A stretch of DNA of 64,000 nucleotides from Lama guanicoe (lineage: Eukaryota). The notes under the pieces were generated by a model. It did no database searches, had not been told where the DNA came from, and saw only the letters and a program-made list of their open reading frames with translations. Both the position numbers and the translations under genes were made by a program. Of the stretch, positions 1-11,699 are shown piece by piece (position 1 is the stretch's first letter; each line of letters opens with the position of its first letter). The DNA lies in NCBI GenBank assembly GCA_013239625.1, contig MU054001.1:3416151-3480150 (forward strand), given 5' to 3'.

Positions 1-629
1 TAAAATGTTAGCATTTCGAAGTGCCCAGGATGGGCATACAGGACGCTTTTTATTATGGAGATTGTATAGGTTGCATTTTTGTTTGAAACTGAAAGAATTT
101 AGTCTTCAACATTTTCTGATTTTGAAATTTTTAAATCTTGTTTAACAAAACTTTTGTGTATCAAGATAATTTTCATTGCAGAATTTCTTTATAAAAAAAT
201 TCACCCCTTGAAATATTGGGATCCTTTTTAATATTAACCACAGCATTTGTATGACATTGCTTTTGAAAATACTCACCTTTCTCCCTTTTCTTACCTGGAA
301 TCTAGGTGTTATAGCTGGAGCCTTTGCAATCATTTTGGGAGATTTGGGATAAAAGTCACATCGGGCCTTCTATCTGGGTCTCCAGTGAGTCTATTCTTCC
401 ACACCTTGGGGCCTTGGCTCACCCCGTCCCTTCATCTGGAGCATCATCTCCTCCAGTCTTTACTTGGCTGACCCCCTTCTCATTCTCCCTGTCTCAGGTC
501 ACAAGTCCCTCCCCACAGAGACTCTCCCCACCATCCTTTCCAAAGTATGTACACTCTGTTATTCCCACTCAGTACACCTTACTCTGTATTTCATAACATT
601 TCTTTTTGCAATTTGAGATATTTTTACTT

Positions 630-770
630 ATGAAATTATCTGCTTAATGTTTGTCTGCCCCTCTAGATCGTGAGCTCTGAGAGGCTAGGTCTGGCTCTTT
701 TTGCCCATCACTTGGTGAAGCTTGGCACAGAATGGGCATTCAATGGAAATTCATTGGCTTAATTGATGTA
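630..770 (+). mobile_element. L2 LINE 3' end relic
   Basis: tgtctgcccctctagatcgtgagctctgagagg...ttggcacagaatgggcattcaat resembles the L2 3' terminus. Confidence 0.7.
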
Positions 771-1544
771 TGTGTATGTGTGTGTCATAGCTAAAGACTC
801 GTAGGGAATTAATGCCCAAAGAAGATAAAAAGTAGCAAATTAATTCACTGTGCTCTTGTATACTTTAATTCTGAAAGTTAATTGGTTATTTGATGAAAGC
901 CCATGGCCTTGGTCAAAGATGTTAGCACAAGGAAAGATTTGATGAGCAGTGGCTGCCCAGTTTGAAACGAAAGACATGGAATTCAAGCACATTTATGAAA
1001 TGCAAACATCACTGAGCAAAGGTCTGGAACCAGGCACAACTTCTTCCTTAGATGATTCACTTTGAGCAGAGTCCAGACGGAGCTATGAAAATGCCAGTCA
1101 TTAATTTGACAGAACCTCTCCCATGGGCTATCCGCTGTCATTTGTTCACTCAGTGAAACCTGGCTTCTAGAATTCCATTAGTTGGAAATTTATGATTCCT
1201 CAACTCAACCAGGTCAAAGGGTACTCTGGATCCCCTGAAAGAAAAGTGTTCTGAGCAAATGAACCCAAATCATGAAATTTCAAGGAAGCAGGTCAATGGG
1301 TAGAGATCAGAGGTACCTGTAGCAACATAGTGGAATCTATTTGCATACAGTTAATACACTAATTACAAAGCACTAGTCACTATTCACTGAGATAGGGGAT
1401 ATCCAGGTTAGGTAATGCTGGTAGCCTTATTAGGATTTAATAGCCTGTCTGTGTTTAAAGGTAACACAACTACCTTTCCATTAGGTCAGAGTGAAGGTAA
1501 AGGAGGAATGGAGGGAGAGGGATTTGCAGTTGCCATTTGCCCAA

Positions 1545-1750
1545 GGATTAACGTACCAGTCATTGGGCTAAGTGCTCTACACACGATAGCTCTTAATTCC
1601 CCAGCCACTCTTAGATGGCATTATTGTTTTCATTTTACACATGAGCAAACCTGAGGTTCAGAGAGGTAAAGCCACCTACTCAAAGTTGCAAGACCACATA
1701 CACAGGGTGCCAAATCCAGGTCATGTCTGACCAGAATGCACATTCTTCTC
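1545..1750 (-). mobile_element. MIR SINE
   Basis: cattttacacatgagcaaacctgaggttcagagaggtaaag is the reverse complement of the MIR core. Confidence 0.8.
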
Positions 1751-1984
1751 CCATCACAATCAGACCACACCATTTCCAAACCCTGTGGCTCCCAACTTCG
1801 TTCATGCAGAGGGGCCTTCCATGGATTAACACAGGAGCAAAAGGCTTAAACACTTCTGCGTGTGCTTGTGTGTGTGTGAAATGCCATGTAAACCATAATG
1901 AGGAACATCATTTCCACTGAGATCAGTTGGAAAACATTTTAAAAGTCTGACAAATCAATGCAGTGAGGTAGCTGAGCAGTGGGA

Positions 1985-2765
1985 GCTTTCTTACCTCCCT
2001 GGTGCAAGTATAAGTTGGTAAAATCATTCTTAAGTGCAATTTGCTGCCATCTAGAAGAGCTGGAGGTGCATATTCCCCAGGACCCAGCATTTCCTCACCT
2101 GTACGTATATGCCAGAGAAATGTTTGCCCATTTGCAGAAGGAGACATGTACAAGAATATTCATTGCTAGGTGGAGAGTGTATAGCTCAGTGGCAGAGCGC
2201 ATGCTTAGCATGCATGAGGTCCTGGGTTCAATCCCCAGTGCCTCCATTAAAAAAAATTAAACATAATTACCTTCCCTGCAAAAACAAAAATAAATAGAAT
2301 GATAAAAATAAATTAATTAATTAAATAAACAAACAAACAAACAAACAAACAAACAAAGGGGAAAAAAAAGAATATGCATTGCTATAGTGCTTAAAATGCA
2401 AACAAAAAAGAAAAGGAAAAAGAAGAACTCCAAGCCCCAGCATAGAGCACTAACAAAACAATGTAGGAGAAAAAAAAAAGTTGCCAGAGACTATTAACAG
2501 CGATACAACATTTATTTTTTTAAAGTTGAAAACTATATGAACACATACAAAAATGGTAAAATTAGCAAAACAGGTACAGGGGAATTCAGAACAGTGGTTA
2601 GCCCTGAAGGAAAGGTGGGAAATGGTACTGAGAAGAGGCTGTGACTGTGTTTTGCAGTGCTTCCTTTCTTAAGCTGAGTGTCGGGTACCCCAATGTTTAC
2701 GAAAATATTCTCTGTGGCTTTTTTGGCCTGTCTCAATGTTTCAGTGTAATATAATTTCAACTTTA
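1985..2765 (+). mobile_element. Old L1 (L1ME-like) 3' fragment, interrupted by a Vic-1 SINE
   Basis: gacccagcatttcctcacct...gagacatgtacaagaatattcattgc is typical of the L1 ORF2 end/3' UTR; it resumes after the SINE. Confidence 0.65.
2169..2367 (+). mobile_element. Vic-1-type tRNA-derived SINE (camelid)
   Basis: A box tagctcagtggcagagc, B box gggttcaatcccc, A/(AAAC)n tail; 17-bp TSD aagaatat(t/g)cattgcta at 2152-2168 and 2368-2384. Confidence 0.9.
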
Positions 2766-2780
2766 TGATTTTTTAAATGA

Positions 2781-2873
2781 TATTCTTTTTCTTTTTTAAT
2801 GGAGGTACTGGGGATTGAAGCAGGACCTCATGCATGCTAAGCATGTGCTCTACCACTGAGCTATACCCTCCCC
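2781..2873 (-). mobile_element. Vic-1-type SINE, short form
   Basis: Reverse complement reads ggggagggtatagctcagtggtagagcacatgcttagcatgcatgaggtcctg...ttcaatccccagtacctcca plus an A-rich tail. Confidence 0.9.
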
Positions 2874-3634
2874 TTTGCATAATATAATTTTAAAGGGGGG
2901 AAGGGGAGTGTTTTGGCTTCTATAAGAAATGCCACTGGGATACAGGGAGGGTGAGAGGGGGTCAGACTGTACATAAAACTAGGAGAAGCTTCTAATTTCC
3001 CATTGCTTGGCCAGAGGCGCCCCACCATTGGCGGGTGGTCCAGCCAGTCACACAGCTGCACCCGGCAACGGCTACAAGCAGTCAGTGTGGCAACCTCCCG
3101 GGATGCCCCCGCGGCCGGCTACAATGCAGGGCGCGTTCCCTGGGAAGTCATGTTTCCTCCAGGTGAAGGATGGGATCGCTCCATCTCTGTCACCTGCACG
3201 GAGAGGGAAGTGCTGTAGAGAGACAGATGAGATCATCTATTATCAAGTAGGCAAAAGAGAGAGACTGAGGAGGCACCTGGAGCTCGCCAGATGTTCCATC
3301 AATCATCAGAGTCTTGGGGAAGGTGAGCTTACCTCCTCCTCCCTGTCCCCCCGAGTCCAGCCTCTCCAGGGAAGAATTAAAGAGACTGGCTCATGGACCA
3401 GTTCCCTCAAAACTACCTTGAGGGGTTGGGTTGGGGATGGGAGCACTTCAGGCAGCCACAGGGGGCATTGCCGCTGGGCTATGAAAGTACCCTGGAAGAG
3501 AGGATAATCTGGAAGATTTGTGTACCTGGGCCTGTGGTGAAGAAAGAATGATGAATATTTCCCTTAGAATTCTTAAAAGAAGGCCCAGCCAGTACTACAT
3601 AGGTCATCGTCATCACCATCAACATCTTCATCTT

Positions 3635-3800
3635 GGGGGTGGGGTATAGCTCAGTGGTAGATTGCCTGCCTCGCATGCACAAGGTCCTGGGTTCAACCCC
3701 CAGCACCTCCACTAAAACAAATAAATAAATAAACCTAATCACCACCGCTCCTAACAAAATAAAATAAATAAATATATTAATTAATTAATTTAATATAAAA
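3635..3800 (+). mobile_element. Vic-1-type SINE
   Basis: ggggtatagctcagtggtag...gggttcaacccccagcacctcca; TSD aacatcttcatctt (3621-3634) / aaaatcatcatctt (3801-3814). Confidence 0.9.
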
Positions 3801-3849
3801 AAAATCATCATCTTTATCAAATGCTCCTCTAAGCCAGGAAATCTGAGGC

Positions 3850-4213
3850 CAGTCTGCTCAGGCTGCCATAACAAACCCCACAGACTGGACAGCTTGAACG
3901 AATTGATTTCTCACAGTTCTGGAGGCTAGGAGTGCAAGATCAATATGTCAGCAGGTTTGGTTCCTTCTGAGGCCTCCCTCCTCGGCTTGCAGATGGCCGT
4001 CTTCTCCTTGTGTCTTCACATGCTCTTTCCTCTGTGCACGTCTGTGTCCTCATTTCCTCCTGTTATGAGGACACCAGTCAGATGGGATTACAGCCCCACC
4101 CTAATGACCTTATTTTAACTGAATTACGCCTTTAGAGGTCCTGTCTCTAGATATAGGCACATGCTGAGCCCTGTTGGGTTTAGGACTTCAACATATGAAT
4201 TTTGGGGACACAA
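3850..4213 (-). mobile_element. MaLR solo LTR (MLT1B-like)
   Basis: ggctgccataacaaa...tttctcacagttctggaggct...aggacttcaacatatgaattttggggacaca are MLT1 hallmarks. Confidence 0.85.
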
Positions 4214-7176
4214 CTGGAGAGAAAACAGCTCCAGAGAAATACAGTGAGTTTATTCATCTGATGTGTCTTTGATCCACTGGGATCATCCACTTGGATTTAT
4301 ATTCTCTTTCGTTCCTCTCTCTGTTCCCCTCCCCCTGCACTCTCTAAATTTTGATGTGTTAGAGGCTTTCACACTCACACGTGATATTATATCTTCTCTT
4401 TACAGCTGGAATTAGAGCAAATTTAAAGCATCCTTCTAGGTGCAGGAGACAAGCCCTGGAAAATATCACTATCACAGCCAATATTGGCACAAATTCTCTT
4501 CTGAATTGGGCTCAATGGCACTAATTAATTAGCTCCGTGAATAACAACCATGAGTCACTGGTGGACTCTTCTCTACAACTCTTCTTATTTGATTTTTAAG
4601 AATTATCAGCCAAGGTGGGCTCAACAAGGCATGCACAAAGTGTTCTGGAATTTCCAATGGACAGAGAGGGGGTCCCCCATCAAACTGAATAACCCAAAGT
4701 TACAAAACCCAGAGTGAGGGCTGAGGAGAGGTGAGAATGGAGAGGAAGAGAGGGAGCCCCTGGTTTATAAACCAGCCCAGTTCATCAGAATTGTAGTGAC
4801 AATGGTAGCTTCCTCCCTCCCTGAAACCCAGGTCCCTGATCATCTTTCAGGCAAAACTGTTCAGAGGTGGTCCCCTCCGTGGCCTCAGTGGAAGAAGGAG
4901 CCAAGAACACCCCTTAACTGTTACTGTGGTGACCAGCTTTCAGCAGACACAGACTATAAACATGATACGGCCTTAGGGGGTGGCATTGGGGAATTGTTTG
5001 TATGACTGGAGTCATTATTTTTAAAAGCATTTGTCAAATTCCTCTGGACAATGCCCCAGATATATTTTTACCATTGCCTTCTTACCTTGGGTCAAAGTCT
5101 ACATGTGCTGTGGACAGAGCCCACTAACCTGTGGTTACCACTGGGTGTGTTAGAAAGGCCCTTCTCTGGGAGAACATGGTCTCCATCCCATCCTGTCATC
5201 ACCATGGAGACAAAATGGTGCCCCATCCATCCACTGGGGGAGACCGCCCCAAACAAGGGTGTGGTGCAGTCCCTAGATTAGCGCCTGGTGAAAAGAAAGC
5301 ACTGTACACTAGTGATAATTATTATTCACTCTAAGCTCCGTGAGGGGCCTCGCCTGCTCACCTTTGCCTAACGCAGAGACTGGCACAGAGCCAGGGCACC
5401 TGAAGGAAATGGTAGGTCCCAGGCAGAAGGAGCTGTTATCTGCAGCAATTAGAAACCAGGATTTTGCCTCTTAGGATGGAGAATAAGAGAGCTTCTTAAT
5501 CCCACACAGACCCTCATTTTACACTTAATGATCTTAGAGCAAGGGAATTATGCTACATGTAAACAGGCAACCTCAAAGGCTTACATACAGAAGGATTCCA
5601 TTTGCACAGCATTCTTGAAATAACAAAATTATAGAGATGGTTTCAGGTACTTTTAAACACGAAACTGTTACATTTTGGACGATGACCTCCCTCATGCACG
5701 CTTCTCGGTACTTTCCTTGGGTAGCATCTAATTCATCTCTCTTTAGGCCGTGGCCTCATCCAGGGTCTGACCCCTGAGGAGGTACTAAATATCAGCCTGT
5801 TGAACAAATAAGTGAATAAGCATATTGGGAATCCAGGCAAGGAGAGCAGAAGGAAGGCCGAGAATTGTAGGCAACCTAACTAGAGACTTAGAAGCCCCAA
5901 CAATCCACAAGGTGAATCCAAACTAGAGGCCAGCCAACATCCCCACAGAATTCTTGCCAGGAAAGGTGTGCTTTTGAGGGCCAGATAGCCCTGGGGGCCT
6001 GGGAAAACAGGTGAGTGGCTACCCCCGGCTACAGGCAGATCACAGCTGGAGGTAGACCTTGAAACTGGGGTCCAGAAATGGGCCCACGTGCCCAACAGAC
6101 TGTTCTTTGGGAAATTGCTTCTAGGTTGGGGGAGTTTAGAAGAGGCTTGGGTCTCCAGGAGGTGCCCGCCTGAGCCAGCTCTGTCCCCAGATTTCTCCCC
6201 TTCTCCCTGTGCTGGCTCAGGTCCTCCACACCCTCCCACTCTGCTGGGCCCAGATGTGTCCCCACCCACTCATTATCAGTGCCTCCTGCCTTATAAGTGT
6301 GTCTAAAACATTCAGACCGTACGGATCCCACAACACACACAGAAGCTTCTGGAAGCTGAAGACGTGTAAGTTCTTTGAAAGTAATTTGGAAATGGCTGTG
6401 TCATGTCACTGCCCGGCTGACAGGAATGACCTGACATCCCCACCCCTTCCAGGAGCCCACTGTTCGGAGACAACTTGAAGTCGGCCCCTTGAAGGGGGGA
6501 ATGAATTCTATGTTTTTAAGGAAATGGAGCTGAAAGCTTTAACCTCGAATCATAAACAGAAGCAATAAATTAGAGGGAGGCCAGCGAACAGGAAATTATA
6601 AGGGGAGAGGCCTGGGGAATACCCAGGGAAGAAGAGGACTCTCTTAGGCGATGCAGTCAGCAGCCCTGCATGGAGGTGCTGGTAACAGGGCCTGGAAGGC
6701 CTGGCTGCGCGAACCACTGTGGGAGGAGTCTGGCCCGGGGGATGTTCCGAGGCTGTCTTTCATGAAGTTCTCTGTCCAGTTGTCCCCAGAAGCCCAATCG
6801 TAGGCATGGACCTTTTAGGTCAGGGAAAGGGACAAAGATCTCACTGAGAAATGGATATCCTTTTGTAAACCAGTGAGGAGGGCACAGTGCAGGCTCTTGA
6901 GGGGGACTTGCAAAGAGAGAGTATATTTCTAGCACTTCTCCAGCTGCTGACCTGATTTGCCACTTTGGCAATTTGCATAAACTCCCAGGCAATTCCACTC
7001 AGCAGCTGTTCTGAGGGCTTGCTCTGGGGAAAGACGGAGATAAATGAAATATGGCTCTAGGTTTCCAGAGCTCCACAATGTGGTGGGAGAGATGGAAACA
7101 CTGGCCACAAAGCCCAATATCAAGCAAGGCAGATGATGATGAGGCGGCCCACATCAGTAGGATGTAAGGATAAGTA

Positions 7177-7722
7177 GTGGAAGCAAACTAAGTGTCCATC
7201 AACTGATGAACGGATAAAGATGTGGTATAAACATACATATATACAATGGAATACTACTCAGCCATAAAAAAGAATAAAATAATGCCATTTGCAGCAACAG
7301 GGAAGACCTAGAGATTATCATAGTAAGTGAAGTAAGTCAGACAGAGAAAGACAAATAGCATATGACATTACTTATATGTAGAATCTAAAAAAAAATGATA
7401 CAAATGAGCTTATTTAAAAAACAGGAGCAGATTCACACACATAGAAGACAAACTTACGCTTACCAAAGGGGAAAGGATGGGGGAGGGATAAATTAGGAGT
7501 TAGGGATTAACAGATACAAACTACTATATATAAAATAAACAACAAGGACCTACTATCCAGCACAGGGAACTATATTCAATATCTCGTAATTATTTATAAT
7601 GAAGAAAATCTGGAAAAGAATATGTATATATATATGTATGTATGTATAACTGAATCACTTTGATGTACACCTGACACTAAAACAACATTGCAAATCAACT
7701 ATACTTCAATTAAAAAAAAAAA
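7177..7722 (+). mobile_element. L1 3' end, cetartiodactyl type, 5'-truncated
   Basis: aatggaatactactcagccataaaaaagaa...ctgaatcactttgatgtacacc...aatcaactatacttcaattaaaaaaaaa. Confidence 0.9.
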
Positions 7723-7820
7723 TTCAGAGTCAGGTTGCAAATCCAGCTTTGCCACATCTTAATTGATGGACCCTTGACAAGTTATTTCACCTCCTGTAGC
7801 CCCAGTTTCCCAGATCTCGT
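7723..7820 (+). mobile_element. MIR fragment
   Basis: aaatccagctttgccac...cttgacaagttatttcacctcctgtagccccagtttcc. Confidence 0.65.
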
Positions 7821-8189
7821 CTCTGTGAATACCTGCTAGGCAAGGAAAGTAGATGAATATGAATCACGTGGACAGAAATGTCCAGGGCATTGTTCTGAAG
7901 CTGCCTGTGTGTGAACTGAGGTTTGAGGGCTCACATCTAGAAGCACTGTTGGCAGTTGTATCATCCAAGAACTAAAAAGGAATCGGAAGATGTCATCTGG
8001 AGAGGAAACTGTCTCTGAGTTTGGACCCAGGTCAGCGCCTACCAAATGTTCACTGAAAGAATGGAAGAGAGAACAAGAGAATGAGTGGAGTAAATCTGAG
8101 AATTCAATCAAGACTGATTCTCTTACATCTGAACCAGATCCTCAGCTGAACCTCTGAAAGTAAACGAAATTTTATTTATTTGTTTCTTT

Positions 8190-8400
8190 ATTTAATGTGC
8201 ATCAAGAATTGTTCTCAGCGCCTTACCTGAGTAAACTAATTTAGTGCTCACTATAAGCCAAGGAGATGATGTTCTTATTATTCCCATTTCACAGATGAAG
8301 AACCTAAGCTCAGAGAGGTAAAGTTTCTTGCTGAAGGTCACGCAGCTAAAAAAGTAGCAAAGCCAGGTTTCAATCTCCAGCATTTTGGCTCTGGGGAAAA
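8190..8400 (-). mobile_element. MIR SINE
   Basis: cccatttcacagatgaagaacctaagctcagagaggtaaagtttcttgctgaaggtcacgcagc. Confidence 0.8.
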
Positions 8401-9010
8401 CATGCTGCTCCTCCAGTAAGGGGGCTGACACGGTGCCCAAGGGCTTGAGGGGACGTGGTTACCAGTCCCATCCTTCTACAACAGTCAGCTCAGACATGCG
8501 GCCCCTGAGAGGGCGTCCAAAGCCCAAGGCCTGCCTTTGGCCTCTGGTTTGAGTCAGGGGGCCCAGTTTAGGGACTTTGTCACCAAGCCCCCTTAACACT
8601 ACCATGCCTTCCTTCTCTGAGCCTGGGGCCCAATTCTGTGAAGTGTCCTTGAGTCTACAGCACCCTTCCACTCCAATTCTCCCAGAAAAAGCCCTTACCT
8701 GGTTCCTGTCCAGGGCCTCAAGCAAGAAAGGCAGACACGTCTGTCCTTGTGCCAAATGTGGCTGACCAACACTGGCCACCTGCAACACTGAGTGGAAGAG
8801 GGCTTGGAGGTCACACCCGAACTCACCAAGAAAGTGAATTCACCTGGTCAGTCATTGAGGTCCCCATGGGCATAGAACACAGGTTTTCTGTCACTGGCTT
8901 CACATTTCACTCAATCCCATGCCTGAGGCCCCTGGTCCTTTGCCTTCTTGACCAACTGGGCCCAATGCCATCCTCTGGTTCCCTACGGGCTCTTAACCAT
9001 TATGTCAGGA

Positions 9011-9747
9011 TGTTACCAAACCAGGTTCATTTGCCCCACACGCTTGCACTGCAAACCAAACCCTGAGATGCAAAGTTTGCAGCAGAGAAATAGTTTATTT
9101 CCGTGGCACCAAGCGAGGAGGTGGGAGAACAAATTTCACATCTGCCTCTCTGAAGATGAGATAAGGAGGCAGGAGGGTCCAAGACGTGGAGAAAGGTGAT
9201 GGGAGGTAAGAAAAGTGAGGTAGTAGGTGATCTGTGCAGGTGTAGTCCAGCCTCCTGGTCTCCATTGGACACATATTCAGAAAGTGTAACATGAGCATGT
9301 TCTGAGGGTGGATTGGTCCTCTGATGCCAAAAAGTCATCCACTGGATATTCACGCAGGTTAAATTGAATGGTTCATGGTCTCAACCTGTTTGAACTAAGC
9401 AAGAACTAGCTCCAAGTTCCTCAGGGGAGGAGGGTGTAGCTCAGTGGTAGAGCACATGCTTAGCATGCAGAAGGTCCTGGGTTCAATCCCTAATACACCT
9501 GTTAAAAAAAATCTAATTATTTCCCCCCCAAAATAAAAATTGAAACAATAAAAATTAAAAAAGAACTATTTCCAACTTCCTAAAAAACAACCTAAGCAGC
9601 TGTTACTATAGTGACCCATCCATAAGAGAGGCTGTCTATAAGAAAGCTAGTGGGAGTTAGTGGAAAATCCACTAAAAACAAGCAACTGAAAGCAACCGAG
9701 GCGGGTTAGGTTTGGTGCAGGTCTAATCAGATTAGCCCTCGGTTTCA
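9011..9747 (-). mobile_element. ERV1-like solo LTR
   Basis: Termini tgttacc...ggtttca (TG...CA); 4-bp flanks agga/aggg; tttatt (AATAAA on minus) near 9095; hosts a Vic-1 SINE. Confidence 0.7.
9424..9560 (+). mobile_element. Vic-1-type SINE nested in the LTR
   Basis: ggggaggagggtgtagctcagtggtagagcacatgc...gggttcaatccc; flanks aagaactagctccaagttcctca / aagaactatttccaacttcctaa. Confidence 0.9.
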
Positions 9748-10212
9748 AGGGCTCTTCTGGTTGTAACAGAAATCTAGCTCTATACGAGCAAATGAAAAAC
9801 AGGAAGGAACTGGTTCACATCCCTGGCTCATGTCGGGGCAGATGTCTCATCCTCTCCATCTCTCTGTTTTCTTCAGTCATAACTCATTCTCACGCAGTTT
9901 CTCCCCATCAAAAATGGCTGCCAATAGTCCTAAATGTGTTCTTTATCTATCATTTCAGCCAAAGTCCCAGAACTGAATCTCATTAGCTTGAGTTGGGTCA
10001 CCTGACCATCCCTAAACCAACCACTCTGGCCAGGGGATGCCCCAGTCACACGACCGCCCCTGAAATGAATGCAGAGTCGGGAGTGAGGTGAATTCCACTA
10101 ACATTTTATGAGCCTGGAGAGGAAGAGGGCTGGTTCTCCAAAGGATACTTGAGGTGATTTTTCCAGAAGAGGTGGAAAAGAATTCTGACACAAAGACATC
10201 CGATGTCTACCA
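9748..10212 (-). mobile_element. Old MaLR LTR (MLT1J/K-like), split by the ERV1 LTR
   Basis: ctggttgtaacagaaa...ttgggtcacctgaccatccctaaaccaaccactctggccaggggatg...tgtctacca. Confidence 0.7.
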
Positions 10213-10894
10213 TGACTCCCAAATACTTGCCCTCATTTAATGGGTATATTTAGTTTCCAGATCTCCCTCCTGTTCTGGGCTGTTCCTTGGTGTGTGTCTG
10301 TTTCTAAGAGACTTGTTTTAAAGGTCAGTGTCAGCATTTATGAGAAGGAAAAAGTTGCTTGTGCTATTGAAGGGGACTGGATCCTGGGTATCCATGTGTC
10401 TTTCCTCCTTTCCTCTATGGTGACATCAAGTGGCTTTGCCAGAGCTGCCTTCCTCCCAGTACTGACCAAGGGAAGAGAGGTCAGGGGTCAAAGGCCATGC
10501 CACAGGAACTGATACCTGTACCGAAGGGGAATGATCATAGGGGAGGGATGTCCCAGAATGTTCTTGGTGCCACCGCTCCAGTGTCTAACTTTCCTCCATC
10601 ATCACTGCTACCTGACCCTCCTGCCAGGCTCCAGGTGGGAAGGAGCTAAAGGAAAGAGGCATTAGGCCAGGAAACCCCGTGGGCTTCTGAGGAGGAGCAT
10701 GATATAACAGCATTTCAAGTAGGTTCTTTCCAGGACAAGTGTTTACGAGCTGGATCAGAGCTGAGAGTCCAACAAACTGGTCAATCAACTAGCCAAACTC
10801 ACCTACCATTCTCTGGGTTTATTCCCATAGACCTCAGTCCTGGGGAAATGGGTTCTTTGCCAGCTCCCATCAGAAAGGAGTTCAGCAACTGGAG

Positions 10895-11090
10895 ATTTTT
10901 GTTTTAATTATGGAAATTTTTAAGATATCATAAAAAATGTAGAGAATAATCTAATAACACCCCTGCCCCATATCCATGACTGAGCTTCAAGAATTATTAA
11001 CTCAGGGCTACTTTTGTTTCATCTACAGCTCCACCCATCCCCTCTCCACCCTGGATTACTTTGAAGCTAATCCAGACATCATATATTCTT
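10895..11090 (-). mobile_element. Old L1 (L1MC-like) 3' end
   Basis: ttattatggaaatttt...ttttgtttcatcta...ggattactttgaagctaatccagacatcat resembles the L1MC4/5 3' UTR. Confidence 0.65.
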
Positions 11091-11699
11091 AAGATGCTCA
11101 TATCGTAAGTGCCCCTGAAGATCTGGAGATTCCATTCTCCTTGAGAAGAAAGGAATCTGGCCTGTTATTACCACGTCATTTAGCAAAGGAGATACTGCCC
11201 TCCCTCCTCCGCAAACATGGCCCAAGTCTCCCTATTTGATATTATACTTTGCGTCTTTATGGGAGGAAAATTGCTGTCCAGTTATCCTTGTCTGGAAATG
11301 CTCAGCTGGAGTGACTGTGCTGTTATCTCCCTGGGTACCCCCACCGACCTCATCCTGCCATCTTGCCCACCCTCAGCTCCGCCCCCTTTCTGGGTCCAAA
11401 GCCTGGTTCTCTGACCTGCTTCTCCCTCCCTCTTTCCTGACTTTTGGATTCCTCTCCCTCCTTCTCCAGGATCCCAAGACACACAGATGGTCCAGGGAAC
11501 CCTGATAGCCTGGAAAAGCCTCTTTCTCACTTCATCAACCCCTCACAGAACCATCTCTCTCCCATGCACTGTCCCAGCCCGCAAGTTGCTGCAGACCCCG
11601 GGATCGAAGAGAGAAGTGAGCGTCTTCTCTAAACATGGACTGACCTTGTGCTTTCTAACTGTATGTTATCTCCAGCCAGCCATACTCCTTGAATAACTC

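Noticed and set aside
2169..2250. tRNA-like sequences with A/B boxes (also 2.8, 3.6, 9.4 and 63.3 kb)
   Set aside because: A-rich tails and TSDs show they are SINE copies, not tRNA genes
3005..3025. CTCF-like ggccagaggcgccc (similar cases near 3456 and 16111)
   Set aside because: Core is one base short or mismatched at key 5' positions
3007..3507. 166-aa ORF, the longest in the track
   Set aside because: Non-ATG start, no recognisable domain, overlaps a GC-rich patch where stop codons are rare
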